Assembly: GCA_001662655.1 (NCBI GenBank)
Contig: KV460220.1
Strand: one strand, 5' to 3'
From: Pseudogymnoascus verrucosus
Taxonomy: Eukaryota
Length of the DNA stretch: 64,000 bases
Position numbers and translations under genes: made by a program. Under the pieces are notes generated by a model. That model saw only the letters and a list, made by a program, of their open reading frames with translations, ran no database searches and had not been told where the DNA came from. How positions within the stretch are numbered: the first letter of the stretch is position 1; each line of letters opens with the position of its first letter. Below are positions 47,821 to 60,106 of this stretch, in pieces.

Positions 47821-50800
47821 ATGGACCAAGGACGATTTGTTGAGTTGCTGCAAAGCATTCAGATTCGTAAGTTTCCCTCTTTCTGCAGTTACCCCTCTAT
47901 CGCGATGAGTTGTCGCCGTGGCAGGTGTTGTTTATACACGTTGTCGTCGCCCCGTCCACTCCCGTCCATGCCTGTGAACTTTTTCACCCCTTTCCTCAAC
48001 GACCTTTTTATATTTGTTCCTCACTAACATATTCAGCCGATACCGAGAAGGTCAAGGCAGCTACCACCGAACTGCGCCAAACCTACTACCCCCACTCTGA
48101 GTCTCTACTATGGCTCCTACAAATTCTCGCTTCTCACGACGTCCAAGCGATCCGCCAACAAGCAGCTGTTGAAGCCCTACGCCTCGTCCCGAAGCACTGG
48201 GCCACCCTTGACGGGCCCAAGCCAGCGATCCGCGAGTCACTGCTCAAGGCCGCCCTGAACGAGCAATCATCTCTCGTGCGCCATTCCACTGCTCGCGTTA
48301 TCTCCGCTATTGCTGGGATCGACCTTGAAGATGGCGAATGGGCCGACCTCCCGGGCTTCCTCATGGAGGCCGCCAAGCAGCCACAAGTAGGACACCGTGA
48401 GGTTGGAGTGTACATTCTCTTTACCCTTCTTGAGGTTGTTGGCGATGGATTCATCGACAAGCTACCTATCCTCTTCCAACTCTTTTCCATAACCATCCGC
48501 GACCCAGAATCCCCCGAGGTCCGCATCAACACCATGCTTGCCCTCAGCCGCATTGCGATGCTCATCGACCCTGAGGAGGACCGCAAGTCCCTCAAGTCTT
48601 TCCAGGACACTGTCCCATCAATGGTTGCTGTTCTCAAGTCAACCATTGACGACAACGACGAGGATCGCGCCATGCAAGCCTTTGAGGTGTTTCAAACTCT
48701 CCTAGGTTGTGAGTCGGCCCTCTTGGCCAACCACTTCAAGGACCTCGTCCAATTTATGATTGAACTCTCCGTCGAGAAGAGCATCACCGACGAGACCCGC
48801 TCGCAAGCCCTCTCGTACCTCATGCAGTGTGTCAAGTACCGCCGCATGAAGGTTCAGGGCATCCAAGGGATGGGAGAACAATTGACCATCAAGGCCATGC
48901 AAATTGCAGCTGAGATGGAAGATGACGACGATGACGAGGATGAGATTACCCCTGCTCGCTCGGCCCTGTCCCTCCTCGATATCCTCGCAAGCAGTCTCCC
49001 ACCCCGCCAGGTGATCGTCCCACTGCTCACCTCCCTCCCACAATATGCCAACAGCGAAGACCCAGCCCTCCGTAAGGCTGGTATTCTCTCCCTCGGCATG
49101 GTCGTCGAGGGCGCACCCGACTTCGTTGCCACCCAGCTTGAGCAAATCATGCCATTCATCCTCCAGCTGCTCAATGACTCGGATATCAACGTCCGCCAAG
49201 CTGCCCTTCACGGTGTCTCCCGCCTTGCGGAAGACCTTGCGCAAGACATGAGCCAGTCGCACGCGACTCTCGTCCCCGCTCTCCTCAAGAACCTCGATGC
49301 CGCTGCCAGCCAGACTGATAAGATCAGCACTGGAATCATCATTGGATCCTGCCTTGCCCTCGACTCTCTCGTAGACGGCATGGAGGCTGAGATTTCTTCT
49401 CTGTACATCTCGGAGCTTGTCCCACGCATTGGCCGCCTGTTCGAGCACCCGGATTTCAAGGTCAAGGGTGCATCCGCAGGTGCTATGGGGTCCATTGCCT
49501 CATCTGCAGAGGAGGCATTCCTGCCTTTCTTTGAGCAAACCATGAAGGCTCTGTCCGAGTACGTTACCATGAAGGACAGCGAGGAGGAGCTCGACCTTCG
49601 CGGTACCGTCTGCGATGCCATGGGCAGCATGGCAACTGCTGTCGGTGGTGTGGCTTTCCAGCCATACGTCCAGCCATTGATGGCTGCCTCGGAGGAGGCT
49701 CTCCACCTTGGACACCCACGTCTTCGCGAAACCTCCTACATTCTCTGGAGCACCATGTCGAAGCTTTACGAGAAGGAGTTTGCTCCATTCTTGGACGGTG
49801 TTGTCAAGGGCCTTCTGGAGTGCCTTGAGCAGGAGGAGTCTGACCTCGACGTTGAGCTTGGCGAGGAAGCCTCTGACCTCCTCGGTACCGAGGTTGTCGT
49901 TGCGGGCAAGAAGATCAAGGTCGTTCAGCCCTCAACTGATGAGGATTCGATGGATGACGATGAGGACGATGATGATGACTGGGATGATCTCACCGCGGTG
50001 ACTGCCGTTGCCCTCGAGAAGGAAATCGCTGTTGAAGTCATTGGCGATATCCTTTCGCACACCAAGGATCTCTACATTCCTCACTTGGAGAAGACTGTCG
50101 AGGCCGTCATGACCTTGGTTGACCACTCTTATGAGGGCTGCCGTAAGGCTGCCATCGGCACCTTGTGGCGCGCATATGCCTGCCTTTGGGCTTTGATGGA
50201 GGACCACACCGGCAAGAAATGGACTCCTGGTATTCCATTGAAGGAGCAGCCAAGCCAAGAGCTTATCAAGCTTGGTGAGGTTGTTGCTACTGCCACAATG
50301 ACTGTTTGGGGCGATGAAGTTGACCGGTACGTTCTTTCCTTTTATAATTTTAATTTCTACGTGGATATGACGAACCACCATTACGTACCCAGCTCACTCA
50401 GATGCACAAGTTGCACTTGCTGAGAACACGTATCAACATTCCGATCCATTTCTATTCATTCAATTTGTTTTAAAAAGTTTTGAAAGAATCATGCTGACAA
50501 GCACAGTGCCGTCGTCACCGACATCAACCGCAACATTGCCGCCACCCTCAAGCTCTGCGGCCCAGCTATCCTCACCCAGGGTAACATGCTCGAGCAAGTG
50601 ACCACCATCCTTGCCGCGCTTGTCACTCGCCAGCACCCTTGCCAGATGGACATGGGTGATGATGAGGACCAGGAGGACGTCGGCGAGACCTCCGAGTACG
50701 ACTGGCTCGCGGTTGACACCGCCCTCGACGTCGTGATCGGCCTCTCCGCCGCCCTCGGCAGCCAATTCGGCGAGCTCTGGAAGGTCTTCGAGAAGCCTGT

Positions 50801-51428
50801 CATGAAGCTCGCTTCCTCCCAGGAGGCCTTCGAGCGCTCCACCTCCATCGGTGTCGTCGCCGAGTGCACCGCCCACATGGGCGCCGCCGTCACCCCCTCC
50901 ACCGCCACCCTCCTCAAGCTCCTCCTCCACCGCCTCACGGATGAGGACCCTGAGTCGCGCTCCAACGCCGCCTACGCCACGGGTCTGCTCATCCAGCACT
51001 CTGAGGACGTCAACACCTACGGCCCCGCCTACCCCGAGATCTTGCGCAAGCTCGAGCCTCTCCTCCAGACTGAGCGTGCTCGCACCCTTGACAACGCCGC
51101 TGGCTGCGTCACCCGCATGATCACTGCCCACCCCGACAAGGTTCCCATCGCTGATGTGCTGCCCGTTCTTGTGGGTCTGCTGCCGCTGAAGGAGGACTAC
51201 GAGGAGAACGCGCCTATCTACGGGTGCATCGTTGGCCTGTACCAGGCTGGCAACTCGACCGTGCAGGAGCTGACCCCACAATTGGTGCCAGTGTTCGCGG
51301 CCGTGTTGGGAGAGCCAAAGGAGCAGCTCGAGGAGGAGACGAGGGCGAAGCTTATCGAGACTGTGAAGTATATCGCGAAGCAGCAGCCGGCGCTGATCCA
51401 GGGACACGCGGTGTTGGCGGCCCTGTGA
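47821..51428 (+). CDS. kap123: Importin beta-4 / karyopherin Kap123
   Basis: MDQGRFVELLQSIQI|PDTEKVKAAT start; HEAT repeats; VTAVALEKEIA, DNAAGCVTRM and LPLKEDYEEN; introns at about 47867-48036 and 50327-50506. Confidence 0.9.
50362..50448 (+). ncRNA. Intronic box C/D snoRNA, snR71/SNORD29-like
   Basis: Terminal stem tgga/tcca; C box ATGACGA 50367-50373; guide ACCCAGCTCAC (complementary to LSU rRNA GUGAGCUGGGU) before D' CAGA; C'-like TGCTGA; D-like CCGA 50441-50444. Confidence 0.7.
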
Positions 51429-54400
51429 GTTATGATACCATGATGTGATGAGAGAGACGGTCCCCCTTGTTGGGTAGCGGACGTGAGAGTAGATAGATGA
51501 AAATGTGGGAGTTAGCCCGTAATCGACGAGAAATTTGATCATGTTATTGACTTCATGAGCACTATTTTCTACCAATATATCTTGCAGTTTGCTATATACA
51601 TGTATATAACCACCCCAGTATCGGCAATAACGTGCATATTATAGGAAAGTTTCCTTATGTCTGTGGTTCGATGTTGATAATCCGACTGCGTGCCATCACA
51701 TGGGTACTGGTCATTATTACACCGCAAATCTGTAGTGTCTTTCGAAGACGGGGGGCAAAGGTTCTCTAGAGGACTATATCTGACCGCATGAACATTAGGT
51801 GCGGCATGATTTCATCGAGAATTGCGGTGGGCGAGCGGACATGGGCGTTGCCAAATCTTATCTGGAATCCCACCATTGTGTGCGCCCTGCCGCCGCCGAA
51901 CGTTCACTGTCGCCGGGTTCTTCCTGTCACCAACGACTCCACCACCACCACGCAAAGGTAATGATCGCCGAGCGTCAAGCACCTCGAAAATGTGGTGCAT
52001 GCTTGATACGATAAAGGAGGATAATGGTGGGGTTACACGCTCAGGATGTCATGATATCTCCAATCCTACAAGAGATGGCTGACTGAAACAAGCAACATCA
52101 ATTGAACCATCTGGGCCGTTTTTATAGTTGTTCGAAGGCAAGTCTCCATGGCTTCACCGATTGTGGGCGCGGATAGGCGACAAACAGAAATATGCCACAG
52201 TGGATCCGTATAGCCAGGGGGAAGATTGGGTCTGGGCACTGTTTCTGCGCTTGTTTATACGGGGGCTCCCCACTCGATGATCCTTCCTTCACGAGCAGCT
52301 GGGAGGAAGGGGAGGGTGGGAATCAATGGGAGTGGGCGCGGGGGAGTGTTGTGGGATGGTCAGGCAGTCGGGGCAGTGCCCAACCTGAGTTTATCTACTG
52401 CCAAATACGTGAAGGTGAAGTCATCGTCGGTGTGAAAGGCGTAGTTCCTTCCTCGATAGAACTGCGCCCGAGTCCCTCATCCCCATCTCAGCAGCGTCGG
52501 TGACCCCAAACCCACCATGGGAAAGCAAAGATCCGAAGACCAGTGTGATGATCCCTCAATCCCAAATCTGGGGCTGATGGATATATAAGCAGCTCGAACT
52601 AGCCATTGGATACAGATCCGCACCAAAAGCGAGCGATACTAATTGATACCTATGTGGAATCGTTCGGATCGAGATCGAATACAGAAGCCAGATGGATTTC
52701 TGTCTTTAAGCCGTATGGGGCGTATGGAGGTAAGTTGTGATTTTATTTCTCGCTGTCATTTGCATTCTCACCGCTGCGCTTCTGCTGTTGCCGCGCTCGT
52801 TTTACCGTTGTCGATTCTTCTCGTCGCCGTTGGCTCTGTCACCTGTTCCTTTCGAGCTGAGGTCGCAAGACGAACACCGATATATAGTCTACTCGAAATC
52901 CGCGTCTACCCGGTTCATCCAGGTAAAGTTCAATCAACATTCTCACCCCCTGGTATCCGGAGACAATACACCGCCGGCACCCACATCGCCATACCACCGG
53001 GTACGAAATCCCGCCCATCCCATCTCATACACCACCACGACCATACAGAGCAGCTAAAAGTCCCTCGTGGGTTAGAGATCGGATGTGAACGGGGCCGGCT
53101 CGGGTAAGTTGCGGCTCTTCCCATCGGGCGAGAAACGCCGCCAAAAGTTTAATTGGGTGCATCTTCTAGGGCGTAGTGCCGGTTCCATTATCCGATAGCG
53201 ATATTGTTGGGATATAGTGGAAGTGAGGGCTTGGATGGGTGACTAATTGGAGGGGACGAGCGGGAGGTTGGGGGACCCACTGTGAGAATACAAATGTTGA
53301 AGAGATCACGGACCTCACGGAGAAATTGTGTATGATGTTTGCCTCACGGAGAAATACTGTATGGTGTTGAATTGAAGCTGGATCCGCGAGGGTTTGTTTG
53401 GAATTGGTACGCTGGAGAATGATTTGGAGTGGAAACGGATAAATAGTCCGATTGGGATGGACATTGATCTTTTCAAACATATGCAACTTCCAATTCTGTC
53501 GATGAGAGCCTGGAGTCTTCCTGGAAAGCACGTTTCACTCACTATTTTTAAAATTGGCTATCGCGACCCACCTTTCCGTGTCAGACTCTTGCTGGTGCTG
53601 TTATCTCTCTTACTGTCGCTAATCGCTTGCTGTTGCTACTCTCAATTGCTGTCATGGTTCTATTGCTGTCGCTGGTAATTTTTGCTGCCATGTTCTATTG
53701 CTGTCGTCAACACGCTTCGATGCTGGCCCACGAGTGAGTGCCTAGCCATTAAAACCTATGTCTCCAGCAAAGAATACGTAGTACGAGCTTCCCACTTGAG
53801 TCAAATACTGTGTTCTCGTCGCTGGCCGGCCATTCTCATCCTCGTCCTCGTAGAATATTGCTTTTTTTATATTTTGCGTTTGTCTAGACCTCAACGTCCC
53901 AGGGTGGCACGGACGAGAAGCTGACAAGCGGGCAGCAATAGACGGACAATGTGGGTCCGCAGTCGCCTTATCGCAGCTATCGCACTTACGTTACCCCGGC
54001 TACCCCGCTATTCTCGCATGACGGGACTTGCATTCGGGATCGGTACTGGGGTGGTACTGGCGTCTACTGGTGTCGATATGCCACTTGCGATGTAGCTTGG
54101 AAGTCTACGATGAATGATGATGATGATGGTGAGGGTGGTGATTGCGACGATTCGGAGAAATGAAGCAAAAACATAGCTGTAATACTCCCTTTTTTCCGGG
54201 GAACAGGACGCTCAAGATTCTCAAGATGATGCTCAACATAATAATCGAAGCGTAATAGATCCGAACCATACCCGCGTCCCGGTAATCGACCTCCGGTGAG
54301 CGCCGGGGGAAGGTATCCACAAGGCAACCCACGTCACCGTTCCTACCCGCGCACGCCCTCTGTTGACAGGCCGTGACCTTGGGGGACATCCTTCTCGCCG

Positions 54401-55401
54401 GCGGCAATCCCAATACCAATCTCTCAACAAAACCCAATAGACCGAACTGTAGCCATATCCGTCTGTCCATTCTCACTGTGTAGCCATTTCCCTTCCGACT
54501 TCTCTTCGTCCATACCCCATTTCAAAGCGTGGAAACAATGATAGTCCTCACGTGCTCCCTCTCTTCCCGGCTTCTAACACGGCTTCTAGCACCCGCGTCC
54601 AATGAACATCCACCCATCATGGATGATACACACACTTTCCATGAACCGATACATCATTGAACGCCCATCCTGCCTCGTAACCATATGTACCACACATACA
54701 TATAACCACATAAACCACACCTCATCATCATAGCCTGAAGCTCCCTTCCTTCCTCATTCCCTCATCTGCGCCTTCCCCGCACCTGCCCACCATCCAACCA
54801 ACCATCGGGTATCATCCACCACACCACGCACCAAACCAAAGCACGACCTCACACACTCGATCAACCCATCCCACCACCCAACCCGTCCTTCCTACCAACA
54901 TCTTCCCGCCATTTATCGGAGTAAGTCCTAGAACAAAGGAATAGCTTTGTTGGCATTTACCTGTGCCTAGAACTTTATCAAGCTACTCTCTTACGACATC
55001 AGAGCGAGTCTGGAACCGCGAGTTGAGTCGCTGAGCTTCGGATCTGAGCACTTCCGATAAGAGACGGCTGGAGCAACCAAGTTGCCGTCGAACAGTGCCG
55101 ATTATTCCTGAGAACAGAAAGTAGCACGTTGCCGCCGGTTAGAACGGGAGCCTCCGGTATGTCTCCGATACTGAGTAAGAAGTGGGATATGGTAAATATC
55201 TACGTGCTTCTGGCAACGAGGTTCTTTACATATCCCACAAGCTCTTACTTCCCCAACCCTCAATCGTTCAATGCCCTCACTGCCCCATCACACGGCATCT
55301 CATCCCACCTCCCCTCACAAACCCTAAGCTGACCCCTCCAACCTCCCAGCTACCACCACCACCACCAACAAACTCCACTCCCCCACCCCCACCCCCCAAC
55401 A

Positions 55402-56515
55402 ATGTCCTCCTCCATAAAACAAGCCGCCGAATCGGCCCGGGCCAAATCCGCCGAAGCCCTCGAGTCCAGCAAACGCGCCGCCGAAAAAGCCATGTCCGAC
55501 CCCATCGGCGCCAAGAACTCCCTCTTCCAAGCCCCCGCCATGCGCGCCGCCCTCCCCTTCCTCAACGGCGGCCTCGCCGGCATGGTCGCCACCACCGCCA
55601 TCCAGCCCATCGACATGGTCAAGGTGCGTCTCCAGCTCGCTGGTGAGGGCGCGCGCACGGGGCCGAAACCGAGTCCCATCAAGATTGCTAGGGATATCAT
55701 CGCCGCGGGAAAGGCGAGGGATTTGTATACGGGTCTTAGTGCCGGGTTGCTGAGACAGGCTGTGTATACCACTGCCCGCATGGGATTCTTCGACACGTTC
55801 ATGAAGTCCTTCGCAAAGAGCAGCGAGGCCGCGGGTAAGAAAGTCGGGTTCTCGGAGCGCGCAGCTGCTGGTCTCTCAGCTGGTGGATTAGCAGCTATGA
55901 TCGGCAACCCCGCCGACCTCGCGCTCATCCGCATGCAATCCGACGGCCTCAAACCCCTCGCCGAGCGCAAGAACTACAAATCTGTCATCGACGCACTCGC
56001 CTCCATCGTGCGCGCCGAGGGCGTAGCGCGTCTATGGGCCGGCGCCGCACCGACGGTAGTCCGCGCCATGGCGCTGAATTTCGGACAGCTCGCTTTTTTC
56101 AGCGAGGCGAAAGCGAGGCTCAAGGGCACTTCCTTGCCGCCGACGACGCAGGTGCTGACGGCGAGTGCGGTTGCAGGGTTCTTTGCGAGTGCCATGTCGC
56201 TGCCGTTTGATTTTGTGAAGACGAGGTTGCAGAAGCAGGTTAAGGGCGCGGATGGGAAGATGCAGTATAAGAGTATGATTGACTGCTTTAGGAAGGTGGC
56301 GAGGGAGGAGGGGGTGTTGAGGTTCTATCGCGGATTTGCGACGTATTATGTTAGGATTGCGCCGCATGCGTAGGTTTTCCTGTTTCCTTTTTTTGTCGTC
56401 TCCCTGGCGCTCCGGGGTTTGGGTCGGAGATGGTGTTGGTGTGATGAGTGCTAATTGATAACGCAGGATGATTACGCTTCTGGTCGCGGATTACCTTGGC
56501 TTCCTCACCAAGTAA
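55402..56515 (+). CDS. Mitochondrial 2-oxoglutarate/malate (dicarboxylate) carrier
   Basis: Three carrier signatures PIDMVKVR, PADLALIRMQ and PFDFVKTR; GLSAGLLRQAVYTTARMG; YVRIAPH; one 3' intron. Confidence 0.92.
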
Positions 56516-59500
56516 GGGAGGGTGTGATTGATGACGGATAGGGGCAGATGAAGGTGGTGTGGATGGAATTTGGCTGGGCCCCCTCAACAGGGCAACACGT
56601 ACGCGATGGGTGGTCATCGAAACTTTTTCGCATACCCCCTCAATATTTTGAGAGAAAAAGATGGGAGATGAGAGAGTGGTAGAATATTTTTTTTTCGTTT
56701 GATTGAAATGCGATTCGTTCAATTCAATTTCTTTGATTGCTTTGCTCCTTGCTTTCCTCGCTTCCATGTGTGCATGAAGAGATGCATGCGTTTCTTTTGT
56801 GACGAGAGGAGATATGCGATGGGATAGATAGAGACAAGACGGAAAGAATTGAGTGCATACTTACTACCGACCTACCTTACCTGCAGCGTGAATTTTGCGT
56901 TGTTCTGGTTCTCCTGGAGTTTACCTTGCATTAGAACACGTTGCGTGCATTCGACGTGCCTCAATAAAACACTACCTGCCTGCCGGCAGCAAGAGTAAAA
57001 GATGCACGCACGCAGCCGAGCTGAGCTGTATAGAGCTCGCTTCCCACACGATCATTTGATCATATTCCCAATTATCCTCTGCGTTTCTCTCTCTCTCCTT
57101 ACAGTTCCGCAAAATCCAATACACCGCCGCTGTCTTTCTCAACCAACTGAACTGGGCTATACCAATATATGTGGTCGATAAATATCCCCCACCACCCCAC
57201 GAACTCGCCTAATTTATTGGCAGGCACAAGTACGGTGTGGGGGTGGGGGTACGCGAGCATGTGATCTGGACTGGGCTGGCAGTTTTTATGGGTGTGATGT
57301 GATATTGGACGTTTGTTGACGTGACGGAGGCGGGGGATGAAGGTGTTCATCGTGAATATAGGATGGAGATTTCTGGGGTTGATTGGTAATATGGTTCTTA
57401 CTTTGCTTTCCTTGATATCTGTATTTGTGTTTGTTGTCAGCGATAATATCCACTTACCTACTTGTATGAGAAAGTTACGCGTCTCCAATCGTGAAGCGAT
57501 CGCATCATATCCGCAACGGTGTAAGTAGAACAAAAACATACTCCCCACCGTCCTTTATCTCCGTGTGTATCGGCATCGGCGATACAAAGTGTATCTCCAT
57601 GCCCTACCCCCTTTCCCTCCCTCCCTCCCTCCAGTAACTCACAATCTGTAGCCCCTCCAAGCAAAAAAATTAAAAAAATTAAAAATAACCGCCCCCCCCT
57701 TACTAACATATCGGCGCTTTCGGTGGTCACGGCGGGAAACCCAACCCTCTTCACATCCGGGCCCAGATGGCATAAGTGGGGTGTGGGTGGGGGATGACGA
57801 AGTGGATGCGCCAAGCGCTTAAATACCGTAGCGGAGATACTTTACCGGAGGGGATGGAGGGTATGGTGCTGTCCGATCCGAGACGAGAGATCCGAATCCG
57901 AGTTATGTTTATGTGTGTCTACCTTGCTGGCTGCCTACCTTACTTGCCCCGCTGGTTTGGTGGTGATGTACGCGTGTTTGGCCTGTGTTTGTGACTGTGT
58001 GGAGTGGAGGGAGGAGGGAGGTGGATAAATCATGTGATATGTTTCAGAAGCCTAATCTAGGGAGGGAGGCCAGACAAGACGAAGACGAAAACGAAGACGA
58101 AGATGGGGAAAGCGCGATATGCGAGGGGGCGGGGCGGAGCGGAGCGGGCGTGGCGCCTGGCTTGTGTCGCTGTGGAAGAGACACAAGACAAGGTGACAAG
58201 GTTTGTGTTGTGTTATGTCTCGTAAGTGATGGTGGTGCAGATGGCGATCTTTGTTTCGCTGTTGCACGTGTGATGGGGGGTAAGATGCATGTGTAAGGAA
58301 GGACTACTATACTGGAGGATTGGGTGAGCTGTTATTTATTTTTTGGTCATTGGGATTGGAGTTAGTAGTACATATTGATATTGTGTTGATGGCGATTCGC
58401 TTTCTTCGGTGTAGGATCTGGTTTGTGGGATCGGTGTGCGAGGGTTAGTAAGGCTATAGAGATTACTGTGCTGATACGTGGTGTATGTAAGAAGTGTGTA
58501 AGTAAGTCGAGTAAGTCTGCATATGTATGTGTACTGGCCCCTTTGGATCCTTTGGGTGGTGGTACTTGCTGCCTACCAGTCAGTCCTTGGCGATCAATGA
58601 GACACGATGAGCCATGTGTCCTTCCTCCGTAGACGCACCGCACACGAAGAGAGATGAGCCATGTTCGCAGCACAAGGCGATTTGAGGCAATTCGGAGGTT
58701 TCCCTAACCACCGACACTTGACAGGTAGCATCCACCCGGCGTGCATAAAAAGTTCGATCATGGGAGTGTACCTCTGTACAAGTGGAGAAGTAGATGGATA
58801 GACAAGTACCCTCCCATGCACTCCACCACTCATCCACCACTCTCGTCTCCCACACAGCCATATTTTTCCGAACAAACGCGACCGGGAGGGAGCGAGTACG
58901 AGTGCGAGAGACGAGGAGACGAGGAGACGAGGAGACGAGGAGACGGAGTTATGCAACCAGAGGGACCCACAGAAATATACAATGGAGTAATGTAACCCAC
59001 ATTAATATACACATACGTGCTAGGTTGACTCCCCCTCCTGCATCTATTACTTTGTCTCCCACCAATCATACTCCCCACTCGTACTCGGAAGCCCACACTC
59101 CCGATGATGACGCGCTTGTCTCAAACCAGCATAGTGGGGTCGCGCCTTATCGTTCTTTGGTCCCTGTTTGTTCGTTTTCTGTTCCTTCTCTTCGTCTCTT
59201 GTCTCTTCACAACGTGCACGCGCTGTAACCGAAGCTGATGTGTGGGATACGCTAGTCTTGCTTTGGGGTTAGCGGGATTGTAATTGGAGGGGATATTGGG
59301 GGGATCGGGGGAATTGGGGGACGAGTGGGGAGAGTCGACTTTGATGGTTGCCCCTTCTAGAATAAGGTACGCTGGAAGATGGATGTACTCCTCCCGTACC
59401 TCTCCCACCACATCTTGCGTTGCATGCCAATCATTGTTGCCTAGCATGTGTTGGAGATGGTACCCTTTGTGTACTTCTTTCACACCATTCTCCCGGATCC

Positions 59501-60106
59501 CGCTGAGAAAACAATTTTAACTTTTTATGAAAATATACTTACTGTACCCATCTGTTCGTCGTCCTCCCTCTCGTTTTTTATGTCAGACCCTCATCACACG
59601 CTATCTGACTGTACTTTATTCTATCCAACTCTATGGAGGGGCCCTGTAATCTCTCCAGGCCTACCATTTCGTCTGCTTCTGGCTAGATTATCCTCTCCTC
59701 CACCCTCTTCCCTACGCCTAAAGTAAACCAGGGCCACGTCTTGCTCCACAGCCGTGTGTCTGTGTACCTTCATAAAAGTCCTCATACTACTCACTCTAGG
59801 CGGACCTTTCACAAGCACCGCCCTCATCACCGCCGGCTTGGCTTCGTCGTCCAATCTTTCTCCTTCTTTTTCAGCTCGCCGACCCCGTCTCACTCATTCT
59901 TCCTTCCTCCCCCTCCTCCTCTTCTTCTTCCTTCTTTATTCATTATATCTTCTTCCTAATCCCCGCCTTTTTAACCTTTCTCTTCTTTCACACGGCTTCC
60001 TCACTGCATGGGTCTCACCTCGCTGCTACGACTCTGATCTCCGGATCCTCCACTCTCTTTACCTTCCTCTCATAAGAGCGAGACGAAACCACCACCACCA
60101 GCAGCC

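Noticed and set aside
51430..55400. Many short overlapping ORFs in the 4-kb intergenic region
   Set aside because: No domains or coding bias; the splice-like signals near 54921-55348 are best explained as 5' UTR intron(s) of the carrier gene
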